Shown: piece after piece, positions 25,111 through 37,339 of the stretch | Layout of the letters: every line of letters begins with the position of its first letter | Numbering within the stretch: position 1 is the stretch's first letter | From: Felis catus | Lineage: Eukaryota | Length of the DNA stretch: 64,000 nucleotides | Assembly: GCF_018350175.1 (NCBI RefSeq) | Contig: NC_058368.1 | Coordinates: forward strand, 65,412,001 to 65,476,000 | Reading direction: 5' to 3' | Translations under genes and position numbers: made by a program | The notes under the pieces: generated by a model | Told to the model about the DNA's origin: nothing | The model's input: the letters and a program-made list of their open reading frames with translations, nothing else | Database searches by the model: none

Positions 25111-25560
25111 ATTTTTTTTGTACTTCTCAACCTTAAAATTTCATCATCACCAAAAAGCATTTCATTGCTTAGTTGAAGTTGCAGTAATGGAATCTAAGTA
25201 AAAAAGAACTGCATATTCAGAATTCTTACTGTAGGAGCTTAAACTTTTTAAACTGCTATCAGAAAGAAATTCTGCTGTTGTTGAAGAATAGCATTAATTG
25301 TGCAGTAGTTACCCTGATGAAATCAGGATTTAATCTAGATATTAAATATCACAAAGAGAAGCAAGTAATGTCTCATGTGGGTCTCCCATTTCATTCCTGA
25401 TATTGGTAATTTGTATTTTCTCTAACAAAATTTCTTCTAAAAATGTTTCCTTTGTTAATCTTGCTAGAGGTTCGTGCATTTTATTGGTCTTTCCAGAGAT
25501 CCAGCTCATTCTCTCACTGATAGTTTCTATTCTATTTCTGTTTTCTATTTCATTGATTTT

Positions 25561-25634
25561 TTAAAATGTTTATTTATTTAGTTTGAGAGAGACAGTACAC
25601 ACACACAAGCAGGGGCAAAGTGAGAGGGGGAGAG

Positions 25635-25681
<47 letters not shown>

Positions 25682-25797
25682 CCCAAGCAGGCTCTGTGCT
25701 GACACCTGCAGGGCTCGAGCTCATGAACCATGAGATCGTGACCTGAGTCAGAATAAAAAAATCGGACATTTAACCGACTGAGTCACCCAGGTGCCCC
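25561..25797 (-). mobile_element. Can-SINE
   Basis: Perfect 17-bp TSD tctatttcattgatttt at 25544-25560 and 25799-25815. Confidence 0.95.
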
Positions 25798-26550
25798 ATC
25801 TATTTCATTGATTTTGCTGTTATCTTTATTATTTCCTTTCTTCAGCTTACGTTGGGTTTATCTTGCCCTTACATTTTAAATTCTTGAGGTGGAAGCTTAG
25901 AGTATTAATTTGAGGTTTCCCTTTTTTCCAATGCTATATTTAATGCCATTATTTAATGCTATAAATTTTCCTCTCAGCGCTGCTTTAGCTGTGTGCCACA
26001 AATTTTTGGTGTGTTCTGTTTTGATTTTTTTTTTCAAATTAATGCATTTAAAAAGATTCTTTGAAACTTCCTTTTTGATCCAAGAGTTGTTTAGAGGTGT
26101 GTTGCTTAGTTTTTAAGTGCTTTGAGATTTTTCCTGTTATCTTTCTATTATTGATATCTACTTTGATTCCATTGTAGTTGGAGAAAATATTCTGTATGTT
26201 TTCACTTGTTTTAATTGTTTTGAGGTTTGTGTTTTGTTTTATGCCCCAGGATATGGGCTATCTTGGTATATGTTCTGTGGATACTTGAAAGGAATGTGCA
26301 TTCTGCCATTTTTGGGTGAAGTGTTTCATTAATGTCAATAAATACCTTTGTTTAATAGTGCTTTTGAGTTCATCTGTATCCTTGCTAAATGTAGCCTGTC
26401 TAGTTGTTCTACTAACTGTTGAGACACTGTTTTTTGGAATCTCCAACTGTAATTGTCAATTTGTCTGTTTTCCTTTTCTATTCTGTTTTTGCTTCATATG
26501 TTTTGTAGCTCTGTTGTTTGGTGCATACACATTTAAGATTGCTATGTCTT

Positions 26551-26909
26551 GAGAAAGAATGAAATATGGCCTTTTATAGCAATGTGGATGGAACTGGAGA
26601 GTGTTATGCTAAGTGAAATAAGTCATAGAGAGAAAGACAGATACCATATGTTTTCATTCTTATGTGGATCCTGAGAAACTTAACAGAAGACCATAGGGGA
26701 GGGGAAGGAAAAAAAAAAGAGGTTAGAGAGGGAGGGAGCCAAAACATAAGAGACTCTTAAAAACTGAAAACAAACTGAGGGTTGATGGGGGGTGGGAGGG
26801 AGGAGAGGGTGGGTGATGGGTATTGAGGAGGGCACCTGTTGGGATGAGCACTGGGTGTTGTATGGACACCAGTTTGACAATAAATTTCATATTTAAAAAA
26901 ATCAAAAAA
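26551..26909 (+). mobile_element. Young 5'-truncated felid L1 (ORF2 C-terminus and 3' UTR)
   Basis: Perfect 17-bp TSD taagattgctatgtctt at 26534-26550 and 26910-26926; encodes ...WMELESVMLSEISH... Confidence 0.96.
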
Positions 26910-27069
26910 TAAGATTGCTATGTCTTATTGGTGGACTGGCCCTTTTAAAATTGTGTAATGTCTTTCTCTGTCTTTGGTAATTTCTTTTGCTGTAAACTCT
27001 ACTTTAACTGACGTTAAAATATATACTCCTGCTTTCTTTTGATTAGTGTTGGCATAGTGTATGATAACT

Positions 27070-27260
27070 AGGGGTTCTGGGTCCCCATGTGGCCTCCACT
27101 GATACTGTCAAGGGAGAGGTTGCCTCCTTACTGTTGGGTGGGGTAGAGTGCTTACTCTTTACTGGGCTCCTCTGACACCACCCCAGTGGAGAAGGGGAGG
27201 TGACTGTTGTTACTAATGGTAGGACGTCGAAGTACAGTTTCCTCATATGTTTTCCACTGC
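27070..27260 (-). mobile_element. Possible L1M 5' region fragment
   Basis: GC-richer block (ggtccccatgtggcctccactgatac, ctctgacaccaccccagtgg) resembling L1MC/MD 5' sequence. Confidence 0.45.
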
Positions 27261-27264
27261 CATA

Positions 27265-27520
27265 ATAGATTAAGCCCTGATATATCAACAACTACATTAA
27301 ATGTAAATGGTCTAAATATGCTGATTAAAGAATAGAAATTGTCAGAATTAATTTCAAAACATAAGCCAACTTGTTATGTCTACAAGAAACTCACTAAAAT
27401 AAGAAGATGGAAAAAGATATGTTATGCAAACATTAATCAAAATTAAGAATATCTATAGTAAGAAATAAATCAACCAAGAATATATAGCAATCTAAATGTG
27501 CATGCATCAGACAATGTACA
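27265..27520 (+). mobile_element. Old L1M ORF2 N-terminal remnant
   Basis: atatcaacaactacattaaatgtaaatggtctaaat (ISTTTLNVNGLN), ctacaagaaactcac (LQETH), gatggaaaaagatatgttatgcaaac. Confidence 0.85.
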
Positions 27521-27584
27521 TTTTTACATTGTGGTTTAAACTATGTTTTACTTTTCAAAAGCAGGAATAAAAATGGAGTTTTGC

Positions 27585-27787
27585 AGGGCACCCAAGTGGC
27601 TTAGTCGGTTAAGCGACCAACTTTGGCTCAGATCATGATCTTGCAGTTTGTGATTCAAGCCCTGTGTCATGCTCTGTGCTGACAGCTCAGAGACTTGAGT
27701 CTGCTTCAGATTCTGTGTCTTCCTCTCTGCCTGCCCCACCCCTGCTTGCACTCTGTCACTCTCTCGCAAAAATAAATAAACATTAAA
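27585..27787 (+). mobile_element. Can-SINE
   Basis: Perfect TSD aaaaatggagttttgc at 27569-27584 and 27788-27803. Confidence 0.95.
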
Positions 27788-29859
27788 AAAAATGGAGTTT
27801 TGCCATTGTAGTCTCTCATTTTTTATTGCAGTACTATTGATAGTGCCAGCATGTAAGGTCATTAACTTATACAATATTAGTTGATGATAATCATGTTTGG
27901 ATATTCTAGTTTGAGCAGAATTACAAACCTAAAAGTATGCTCATTTTGTTCACATTTGCTATTGTTTTATTAGTATTTGAAGTAACTATTGAAACGGTTT
28001 TGCCACTTGAGGAAACTGTTAGTACTCTACAAGAAGGAATGAAACTACCAGAACTATAAAAAGGAAATGGTCAAAAGCTTCAATCAACCTTTTTGTTAAT
28101 ATTCCTAGCTTTAAAATTATCATCATTAAATCTGTATCTACCAAGACAGGGTATTTCAAACAATCAGTTTGCTTCATCGCCTGTTGTACTCAAGCTCACT
28201 GACAAGTGATTATGCAGATTGTGTCATTATTGTATTATTATTATTTTTATTATTTTGAAATGCCAATAGACACTCCCTCCAAAGCAGCAAGGAACTACTT
28301 TTCAAATTCACTTAAATGACACACATTATTCTGTCTTTCTCTGGCAGTGCTTTATTTGTGCCCAGAGCTTTGTGGGTAGATGCCTTTAAATTCTAGAGGA
28401 GACAAGGTACAGTGTTGCATTCGTTATTCTAGACAGTTGTCATCACAGTCAATGAAAATTCTTCTTAAACTTTTAATTGGAGTCCCAGAATTGGCATGTC
28501 CTTTGGGTTTCTAGATAATATACAAAATTATGGACTATCTGGAAATTAGTGCAGACACAGAAATATAGAAGTATGTTTATATACCAATATATAAATAAAC
28601 CAGTATAGAAATAGGTTTCAGACAGAATGTTCTGCCACTATTTATTCATATATATGTCAAACATTAAAAAAAAACACAACACACTCCCAACTCAATGTTT
28701 CCCTTTTATTCCTCAAATAAGGCAGACTTATAAAATAATCTTATAATTTGAATTCATCTTAGCTCAGTAGAAACACTGATTTACAATAGTTGTATTTCAG
28801 CAAAAGCAAATAATGCCAGATTTTTCAGCACAGAAGATCAAACTTCTTCAGGGCATTGATTGTTCAATTGTTAGAAATCTATATGTAGTAGAGTTCTTGG
28901 GTCAGTTGAATCATGTATGAGTTTGTTAAAAAGCCAGATTTTTAAACATTTGGGCTTCTAGCATTGAGGATGAGGCTTGTGGGTGACTGGAATAAACTTT
29001 AGATGGGTGCTCACAAAGCCTGCCACATGCACCAGGGAAATTACCAAGGATTATGTTAAAGGGATTTAAACGGCCAAATCTGGTTCACTTAGATTATGGA
29101 CATATTTTTAAAGTAATAATGAAGGCCAGGCTTGGTTGTTGTTTAATAAAGTGTTTCACATGCAGATATTAATTGTTGTAATTCCTCCTTTAGGGAAAAA
29201 ATTCAGAATGGGTCAATATCTTGCACTCCTATGTTCATTTAGAGAGGTGGCATTTATTCCCACTGTATTAACTTGTTTAGGTGGCCAATCAAAATGACTC
29301 TCCCTTTGATAAACTGAAAAGGTTTGTGAAAATAAGTAATTTAGGTGAACCCCAACAGATAATAGATAATTTCTTTTTAAGGCTGATAGAACAGAGTCTG
29401 CAGCTATATGGATTAACGTGACGGGTGTTTTATTCTATTTTTCAAATCTAAGTTGACATTGAAAATAATTCTTGGCATTTTTATGACCTATTCCAAAGAT
29501 AGCAGGGATCTAGTTTCATTGATAGGGAGTGTAATGATTCAGAATATATCTTGTTTGAGGAAGAAACTTGGCGCAGGGGTTGGGAATAGCATAGCCTTTG
29601 GGTGGATGTCATTGAGCCTGCTATAGATATCAGACAGATGATGAAAGATGATATAAGATGATATGAAAGATCAGCCAGATCTAGTTAGCTTAGATTTTGG
29701 GGTAAACTCTTTGTGCAATAATGAGACATAATATTGGGTCTTATTATCAAACAACATAATTTAGATTATATAGAAACAAATTATTCCACAGTTGTAGAGT
29801 AGTGTAAGTAGTTTGATGGTTTCTTATAATTCGGCCTCAACAAACCATTTCAGTCTGAT

Positions 29860-30020
29860 TCCTTCATTCAACTCATGTGTAAGATACTAGGAACTGAGTA
29901 CACAAACTGAACAAGACAACTCTTTGCTTTCACAGCTGGTCTTCTATACAAGGAACAGATAAACACGTACAAATATAATTAAATATCTGGTGGCAATAAG
30001 GCTATGATGGAAACTGGAAC
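29860..30020 (-). mobile_element. L2 fragment
   Basis: cttcattcaac...tactaggaactgag...gaacaagacaactctttgctttcacagct. Confidence 0.55.
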
Positions 30021-30739
30021 GCTAATGCATATAGGTAGAGAAAAATGTAAGGCAATAATATTGCTTAGTAATAAGTCCATGAGGAAAACCAAGAACTGAT
30101 GGGGTACTTCTGTGCATAGACATAGAGACTCTTAAGAACAGAGATCTGGGTAAATCTAATGTCATTAGGAATTCATATTTACCTTTATCTCTATTAGACC
30201 AGAGCCTATAATTAATGATTTCTATTCCCCTTGCTGTATTCTCCAAGTTGCCAAGTTTGACTATGAGACTTTGGGCTACTTTAGTCTCACTTTAGTAAAA
30301 CATTCATTGGGTTTTTTGTTGGCCTATTGCTGGCTTGGTGGAAATCAAGATTTATCTTGATACTAGCTTAACTCTGATGGATTTTGCTTTCATTAACTCA
30401 TTTGTTCGTTCATCCTTTCAATGTTTACGTATGCCAGATGCCTACTGAACACGCAAGGTTTATAGTAGACCAGTGATTTGGATATAGGCATTGGTGTCGA
30501 ACAGGTAAGATACAATATGTAAGGAAAGATTTGTAGTAACGAGGTAGAGAGTTTCAGATGCCTTAAGAGAGTTAGAGGTTTTGTTACTCTGAAGGAGATG
30601 GTTTATCTACCATTTGTGTGCTTGCTCTTGCTTTTGCATCATTCTTTTTGGGTCTGTAAGGCTCTATTAATATTTCAGTAGTATCAGTGAGAAGAAATGC
30701 ATTGAACAGTTTCTCAGCTGAACCTACTTGCTTATTGAT

Positions 30740-30910
30740 AGCTGGAGCTTAGATTTCAGGAGACCTAGGTTCTATCGTTCACTCTTTGAACTTTAGGCGA
30801 AGACATTTAACCTCTCGACCTCACTCACTCAGCCACAAAGGGACGATCATGGGGTAGATGCTGTTTTAGGTCCTTTCCGATGCAGGTTAGTGTGCATTCT
30901 GTGATTCTGT
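30740..30910 (+). mobile_element. MIR3/MIRc-like fragment
   Basis: tcaggagacctaggttcta...aggcgaagacatttaacctctc...attctgtgattctg. Confidence 0.6.
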
Positions 30911-32374
30911 TATTTTAGCCATGGAACAAAACAGGCACGGAGGAGTCTTCATGTAGATACTTGATTTTTCATTTTGCTCTCCTGCACTTTTTTGTTCTTA
31001 ACCTGAATTTAGCTTTTATCCTACAAAGCAATATTTTCTGTATGATTACGGAGTGTACTAGAAAGACTTCACTTTGGTTGGAGCCTTAGAATAGCAGATA
31101 GATTATTCATGAAGAAGATAGAAACGGTGTCTGGTAGCCTGTTAGCTGATAGGCTAGGTATCTGATAGGTACCTAGAGGTAGCTGATAGACTGCACATAA
31201 TGAGAAAATCATTCTTGAAGGACACACTAAACTATGGCTTGTATTCATATGTGATTCTATTGTGACCAGACAGATGGGTGACTATAAACAAAGTATCTTT
31301 CTATTCCCTTCTGAGACATATACGGGGTCGTCTTTCCTTCAGTACTGTCATGGAGCTATACGCAATTAGCTACAGAATGTTAGCCACCCTGCGGGAAGCA
31401 ACTCAACATCTCTCTCTGTGGTGTATAATAGTACAAAAGTGACATTAAACCTATCAAACAATGGTATTCAGGCAGCATGGCATCACACAACCCCAGCTGT
31501 TTGTGCCAGTGATTTCGTTTTTCACCAGAGGAGATTTTTGGGGGGAATGTCATGAATGGACAGGCTCGTGCTTACTTTTAATGAACCCCAAGTTAATGCT
31601 TTAGTCTTTTTTCTGTCCATTTAAATGCAAAGGAGCGCATTTCACATCATAAGGAAATAAACACTAAGACACAACCTCCTTTCTTCATTCTGAGCCTCTG
31701 CTTCCAGAATTAATAGCTTCCTCGGAGGGAATGTTTGACATTGTTGCTACACTCTAAACAGGGATCTGATTCAGAGGCAGATTTACATCAGCTTATATTT
31801 TGACTTTTCATTCCTCTGGCAACTGAAAAGCAAACAAATCAAGAAAAAAAAATAACAAATGACTTAATGAAAATAAATCAGAATGACCCATGTGTTTAAT
31901 CCATGAGAATATATCTCTTCAAAATTCCATTTTACTTAGATTAATATGTCGTCTGTGACGGTAAACTCTACAGCTAACAATGTAGGTCAGATTAATAAAA
32001 TAAATGCTAAAACCATTGCCTATAAGAATGAGCCATTCAAAAAAATATGATGAACTAAAAAAGTTTATGTTAATGCATAATTTATTCCTGATTTATGATT
32101 TATATCTCTGTTTAGTTAAAGCTGAGCTCAGTTTTTTGTGTTTATAAATACATGATATTGAATAAACATACCTTTTTGCCTCGATTGTATATCCTCTTTC
32201 TCTGTCAACACAACTCAGTAACAAGCAAAAGATGTGTAAGTTCTGTTTGGTAGATACATAGTCATCCAGCAGTTAAGTTACTGAGATTTCACTACTGAGT
32301 TACTGAGTTACAGAGATTTCCGGATGCACAGGGCAGACTTGCCACCCTCAAGGAGTTTATAATCTAGGGATCCA

Positions 32375-32555
32375 GTGCAGTGGCCGATGTCATCAGGATC
32401 ACCTGGTGAACTACCCTAATCACCTGGGGATCTTTCAGGTCATTTGGGGTGTTCATTCCAGGAGGTTCTGAATCAGTGAGTCCACATTAGAATTCTGAAG
32501 TCAATCTTTTGCACAGTTTCCCTATAGATTTCAATAAACACTCAGGGTTCAGAGC
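32375..32555. mobile_element. MER5-like DNA transposon remnant
   Basis: catcaggatcacctgg, aatcacctgggga, ccaggaggttctgaatcagtgagtc. Confidence 0.5.
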
Positions 32556-32725
32556 TTTTTTTGAAAAAATGTGAATTTATTTGACATATGACATTGTGTA
32601 AATTTAAGGTGTGTTAATTTTATCCATTTGATTAAATATTTTAATATGATGCCATTGTAGCAATAATTACCAACTTTCTCGTGTTTCATAATTATCATTT
32701 TTTTTGTGGTTGGAGTAAAGAATTG
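32556..32725 (-). mobile_element. L1MA9-like extreme 3' end
   Basis: ttgacatatgacattgtgtaaatttaaggtgt...cataattatcatttttttgtgg. Confidence 0.75.
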
Positions 32726-35247
32726 GGTACTTCTTAAATAAATAAAATACTTTAGATCTGACAAAGATTTTAGAAAACATCGATCATTATAACACCTTTG
32801 TTGTAATGAAAGCCTAAGAATCCCAGAGCTGGTGGAAAAACCCAACCTAGAATTAGGAGCCCTGATTAAGAATGTCCCCCATGTTCAAATACAATTTTCA
32901 TCTCTGTGGTAGCGGGGAAGTCCATGAGTAATAAGGTCATTCATGATTCTACCTCTGTAGGCGTCTGACCAGGGTGTCATCTTTTGGGACGGAGAGTCTT
33001 TTCTCTGCCTTGGGGTTGGTGGCGACCCCAGGGATCAAGGATTAAGTCATGAAAGAGGGGAGAGGAAGGGCAAGAGGGAGCTCAAATGTGGCTTAGCTTA
33101 AACTTTATTAATGTGGCCTTTGCTGCTTTTGGAGTTAGTGTCACTACCCCTCAATTATTCTACCTCTTCTAGTTTCCTACTCCATTATTTTAGAAGTAGA
33201 TTGAATAAAAATAAAGGGAAAAGATAATGAAATTAAAAATATTAAGCAGTTACCACTATAGTTTTCCTACCTGTCGTCATCTTCATCGGTTTAGTATGCA
33301 TATGGTAATCATGTTTTTCATGTTCTTGTTGGTATGATAAGCTTAAAATGAAGGTGAGTTTAGGGATAATTTCCATCTTCCCATGAATAGAAATATTTTT
33401 TCTTACACTTAACCCTGTGTTCTGAGACATGTATCATGTTATGATGACTTTGGTCTGTGATGTCATCTGTATTCTGTTTTTGAGGAGTACAGTGGAGGCC
33501 AATCAGTGATGATACAGTCATTGACAAGCAGTCTGTCCATCCATCAGTTCAGCCCCTTTAAATGCTGCATGCTCCTTCTCACTGGGATATAGTCATGGTA
33601 TCCTGGCCTTTGCAAATTAAAAATAGCTCCTTTCTAATATGGTATTGGGCCTAATTAATCATTCACAAATTATTATTTTCTTGATTATTCTTCTGACTCA
33701 GATTTCAATGACACTAAAAGTCTAGACTATTTTTGGAATGCGTAAGAGGAAACAAAACAAGGGCTTTCAGGGAGGTGAACCAGATGCTTTCTTAGTGTGC
33801 AGTCATGTAATAACAAAGTGAAGCCAAGAGTGGGAGAGAGATTATTCCATTCACACTGAGCATTGCTTAAAGAACTGGGATTTTCCAAAATGTGAAAGGA
33901 GACTTTCTTTTTATCTCAGTCGTACTTAAATGTTAGACGGCAGATATGGTTAAACACTGGTATGTGGCCATCTGAGTGAATCTGGTCTCCCCATGCACTG
34001 TCTGCTGCCCCCACCAACATAGACAAGGATGAGGGGAATGTGGGTCATCTGGTCTACTCCTGCCACTGTTGGACAATTGCAGGGATGAATGACTCTTTCT
34101 CATCCTCCGCCTTTCCCCATGGCAGTTTCAGAGGCCCCTCTGCCTGATGGCCGTTGTGGCTGTACAACCTATACAACGTATGAGGGGACTGCTAATGAGC
34201 GGGGGTGCCTGGTAGCTCTGACAGCTTCTTCTGGTTCCCCTTTCAAAGCAGCTTCCTGGGCCTGGCCGGTGGATTTTGCAACTTCCCTGCAACTGACGGC
34301 GGAAGTTGGATAAAATGGGAAGGAGGGCAGAAATAGGTATGCCCTCTTTGCAGACTTCCTAAAGTAAAAGCAAAATACAATGGGTGAATCCAAGGATCTC
34401 TCCTATTCATTCCTGAGAGTGAATGTTAGAACAATAAAAATCATAGCCGTGAACACTTGTTTGTACGTTATGAGTATGTAATAGGTGGTTGGCTACCTCA
34501 GACTAGAGCTGACTGCATCCCTGGTTATTTAAGGAGCAGATGATGTATTTGGCATTTTTTTTGGTGGCGAGGGAGGAGGTTGGTGAGGGGAAGAATGTAC
34601 AGAGTCAGCCAGCTGTGCTTTTCTGGGCCTGTTTGCAGATATTGTCCACACGTGTGCAGAAGGGGCAAGAACAGAGACCTTTCTGTGGAACACTGGTCTC
34701 TGCCTTGGGTATTGTCATTGTAGGAAAGCCCTAGAGCTATGGGAGGCCATGGTGTCAGGATATTCTGGCCTGCCTTCCTTGGACTCATGTAACCCAACAG
34801 CTGTTTCAATCATATATTCGTAGTACAAGGCATGTCATCATAAAAAAAAAGTGAGTAAGGTAATAGACATAGGAAATTAATTTGAAAAACACATTCAGCA
34901 TTCAGTTTGGCAGCATCATGGTGGAAGTTAAAATTTACATAATGAACATCAAGTAGGTTAATTCTGCTCAAATACTGCCTTGGCCTGTGAGGACGAATAT
35001 CACAGTTACTGCGCTCCTGCCAAGCCCTGTGGTCTGCTTTGTGCTTTGTATGGTAGTCTTTTGTGCCATTAGGGTTTAGCAACATGGGTGAGCTTTGGCA
35101 AAATGGAAGACACTTGGCAACTTTATAAATGTTGGTTAAACGTCTTCACTTGAAGATCTAACTGCTATGTAATTTTGGTTTTATTTTATGGCCAGCAACT
35201 CTCCGTATGAAAACTTATTTCTATATTGTTTTTCGTTTTCTGTTTGA

Positions 35248-35251
<4 letters not shown>

Positions 35252-35297
<46 letters not shown>
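35252..35297. repeat. (GT)23 microsatellite
   Basis: Perfect run. Confidence 0.98.
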
Positions 35298-35299
<2 letters not shown>

Positions 35300-35335
35300 C
35301 TGCTCACTCTGTGGGAACATTCTCAGTTGAGAGCC

Positions 35336-35425
35336 ATATATATATGTGTGTATGTATATATATGTATATATATATATATGAGATCTATCTATATATGTAT
35401 ATATATAAATGTGTGTGTATGTGTA
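35336..35425. repeat. Imperfect (TA/TG)n tract
   Basis: Alternating purine-pyrimidine low-complexity sequence. Confidence 0.9.
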
Positions 35426-35690
35426 AAATATTGTTCAGGCTGTGATCATTTTAGGCATTTCCAAACACGCCCATGTGCACGGCAGCTATTTTCAGCTTTA
35501 TTTTATAAATGCACATAAAATGAATAGCTGAATGTGTGAATGCTCATTACAAATATGAACAATTTTAATTTAGTATTGTCAGAAGCCTGTCTTTTATTAA
35601 TTGCTTTGCTGTAATTTTTCCACTTAAATAATTTCTAACATGTAGGCTTCAAGTAAGCTTAATCCTTATCAGAACATTGTACAAATATAT

Positions 35691-35694
<4 letters not shown>

Positions 35695-35732
<38 letters not shown>
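35695..35732. repeat. (AC)19 microsatellite
   Basis: Perfect run. Confidence 0.98.
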
Positions 35733-35736
<4 letters not shown>

Positions 35737-37117
35737 CTCAGAACAGGCTACAAGTTGCAGGAAAGATCAATGAATGTTTTCTGGTAGCTCTGGAGTGTGG
35801 AAGGACACTTTCTGTGTAGGGTTGGGATGGGCCGTAGATACATCAGAGCTCTAAAGCGAACCTCCTGTGACTTCCTAAGTTAAAAAGTTCAGGAAGTTAC
35901 GAGTGGAAACTTGTGATGAACCAAATCACGGAGGGTATCGACCTCTGTGTACTGGCGAAGGTGGATGAGAAAAGAATGTGGAAGTGTTTAGTGTCAGGAA
36001 AGGGGCAAGAAAGTAGGGGGGTCCTGAGCTATCCCCCTAGACTGGACAGCTGTTGGAGTTTACAACTTGCTTTTATGAGCCCTACAGAGATTAGTCTGTG
36101 GGAGGGTCAGCCTAGGGTAAAGGGTCAGGGCTGGAGAGTTCATTGGTCTGGTTTGAGAAAACAGTGATAACACAAAAAGGAATCCACCGACATTAGAGCT
36201 CCCTTTGTGAGCGGCAGTGTCCCGGTAGCAGATCTAGGATAAAATTCTTTGAAGCAAAGAGAGGTTCTTTTGTTAATACTGTAGCTCCTTGGCGGTAGGG
36301 CGGCTTGCTGTAAGTCAGTTTCCACGTGTGTATCTCCTTATTAAGAAACTGATTTTAAATCCTCTGCTGGGCCCTCACACCACACTCTTACCCAAAATAG
36401 GAGATAAATAAAACATCTATGCTATCTAAAATAGAATTTTTAATCAATAATTTCCTCTGGAAACTTCCAAAATGAAGTCTGTATTTCAAAAGGAGCAGCT
36501 TTTGCTGCAAAGGAAGCAACAAGGTAAAATTGAAAACTTAATCAAACAAATGTATATTTTAACTCAAGTAAATTGGTTGCATTTTCATGTGGAATAGCAC
36601 TTTCACAGACACATTTTGGAAAGAGCGCTGCAAATTTAAACTCAATATTCCTTTTCTGATTTCCTTTTTATTTGCATTCAAAATCGTGGTGTTGCTTTGA
36701 ACATTTTAAGGTATTTTATTTTATTATTTTTTTTTAAATTTTTTATTCAAGGGTATTTTAAAAGCCTGTAGCAGAATAATTAAGCCTTTGAAATAATACA
36801 GTAAGCAAAATATAAATATCAAGAGTCTAATAATTATTTCTGTAGGCAAAGGATTGAACATAATTATATATTTTTGAAATCAGAAATGACCAGAGAAATT
36901 ATTCTGCGATTTGATGGCTTCCTACTGCCTACTTGATAAGCATGAAACTCCTTAGTATGAAATACAGGCAGCAGCTCCAGGGCAACATATTAACTTCAGC
37001 CTCTGGCACAGGTGTTTGCTCTCCGTGTTTCTCCTTCTGCAACTTGGTGCCTCTGTTGTTCTTCCCCCAGGTGAGACTGGCTCTCTGCTTGTCTAGCTAG
37101 AAAGCCCCATTTGCCTT

Positions 37118-37339
37118 AAAACATTTTTTTTTTCTTAATGTTTATTTATTTTTGAGAGAGACAGAGAGGCAGAACGTGAGTAGAGAAGGGGCAGAGAGAG
37201 AGGGAGACACAGAATCCAAAGCAGGCTCCAGGTTCTGAGCTGTCAGCACAGAGCCCGACGTGGGGCTTGAACTCATCAACTGTGAGATCATTACCTGAGC
37301 CGAAGTCAGACGCTTAACTGCTGAGCCACCCGGGCGCCC
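37118..37339 (-). mobile_element. Can-SINE (SINEC_Fc)
   Basis: TSD cccc(a/g)tttgcctt at 37105-37117 and 37354-37366. Confidence 0.96.

Larger units (their letters stand above)
25370..27062 (-). mobile_element. Old L1M ORF2 endonuclease-region remnant, interrupted by a SINE and a young L1
   Basis: Minus strand reads approximately IHYANTNQKKAGVYIL...HQ*DIAILNVYAPNNRATKHMKQK (L1 endonuclease) once the insert is removed, with stops and frameshifts. Confidence 0.9.

Noticed and set aside
34089..34393. GC-richer patch with overlapping 74-aa ORFs
   Set aside because: No recognisable protein and no convincing splice-site pair; it may be regulatory but nothing supports that directly
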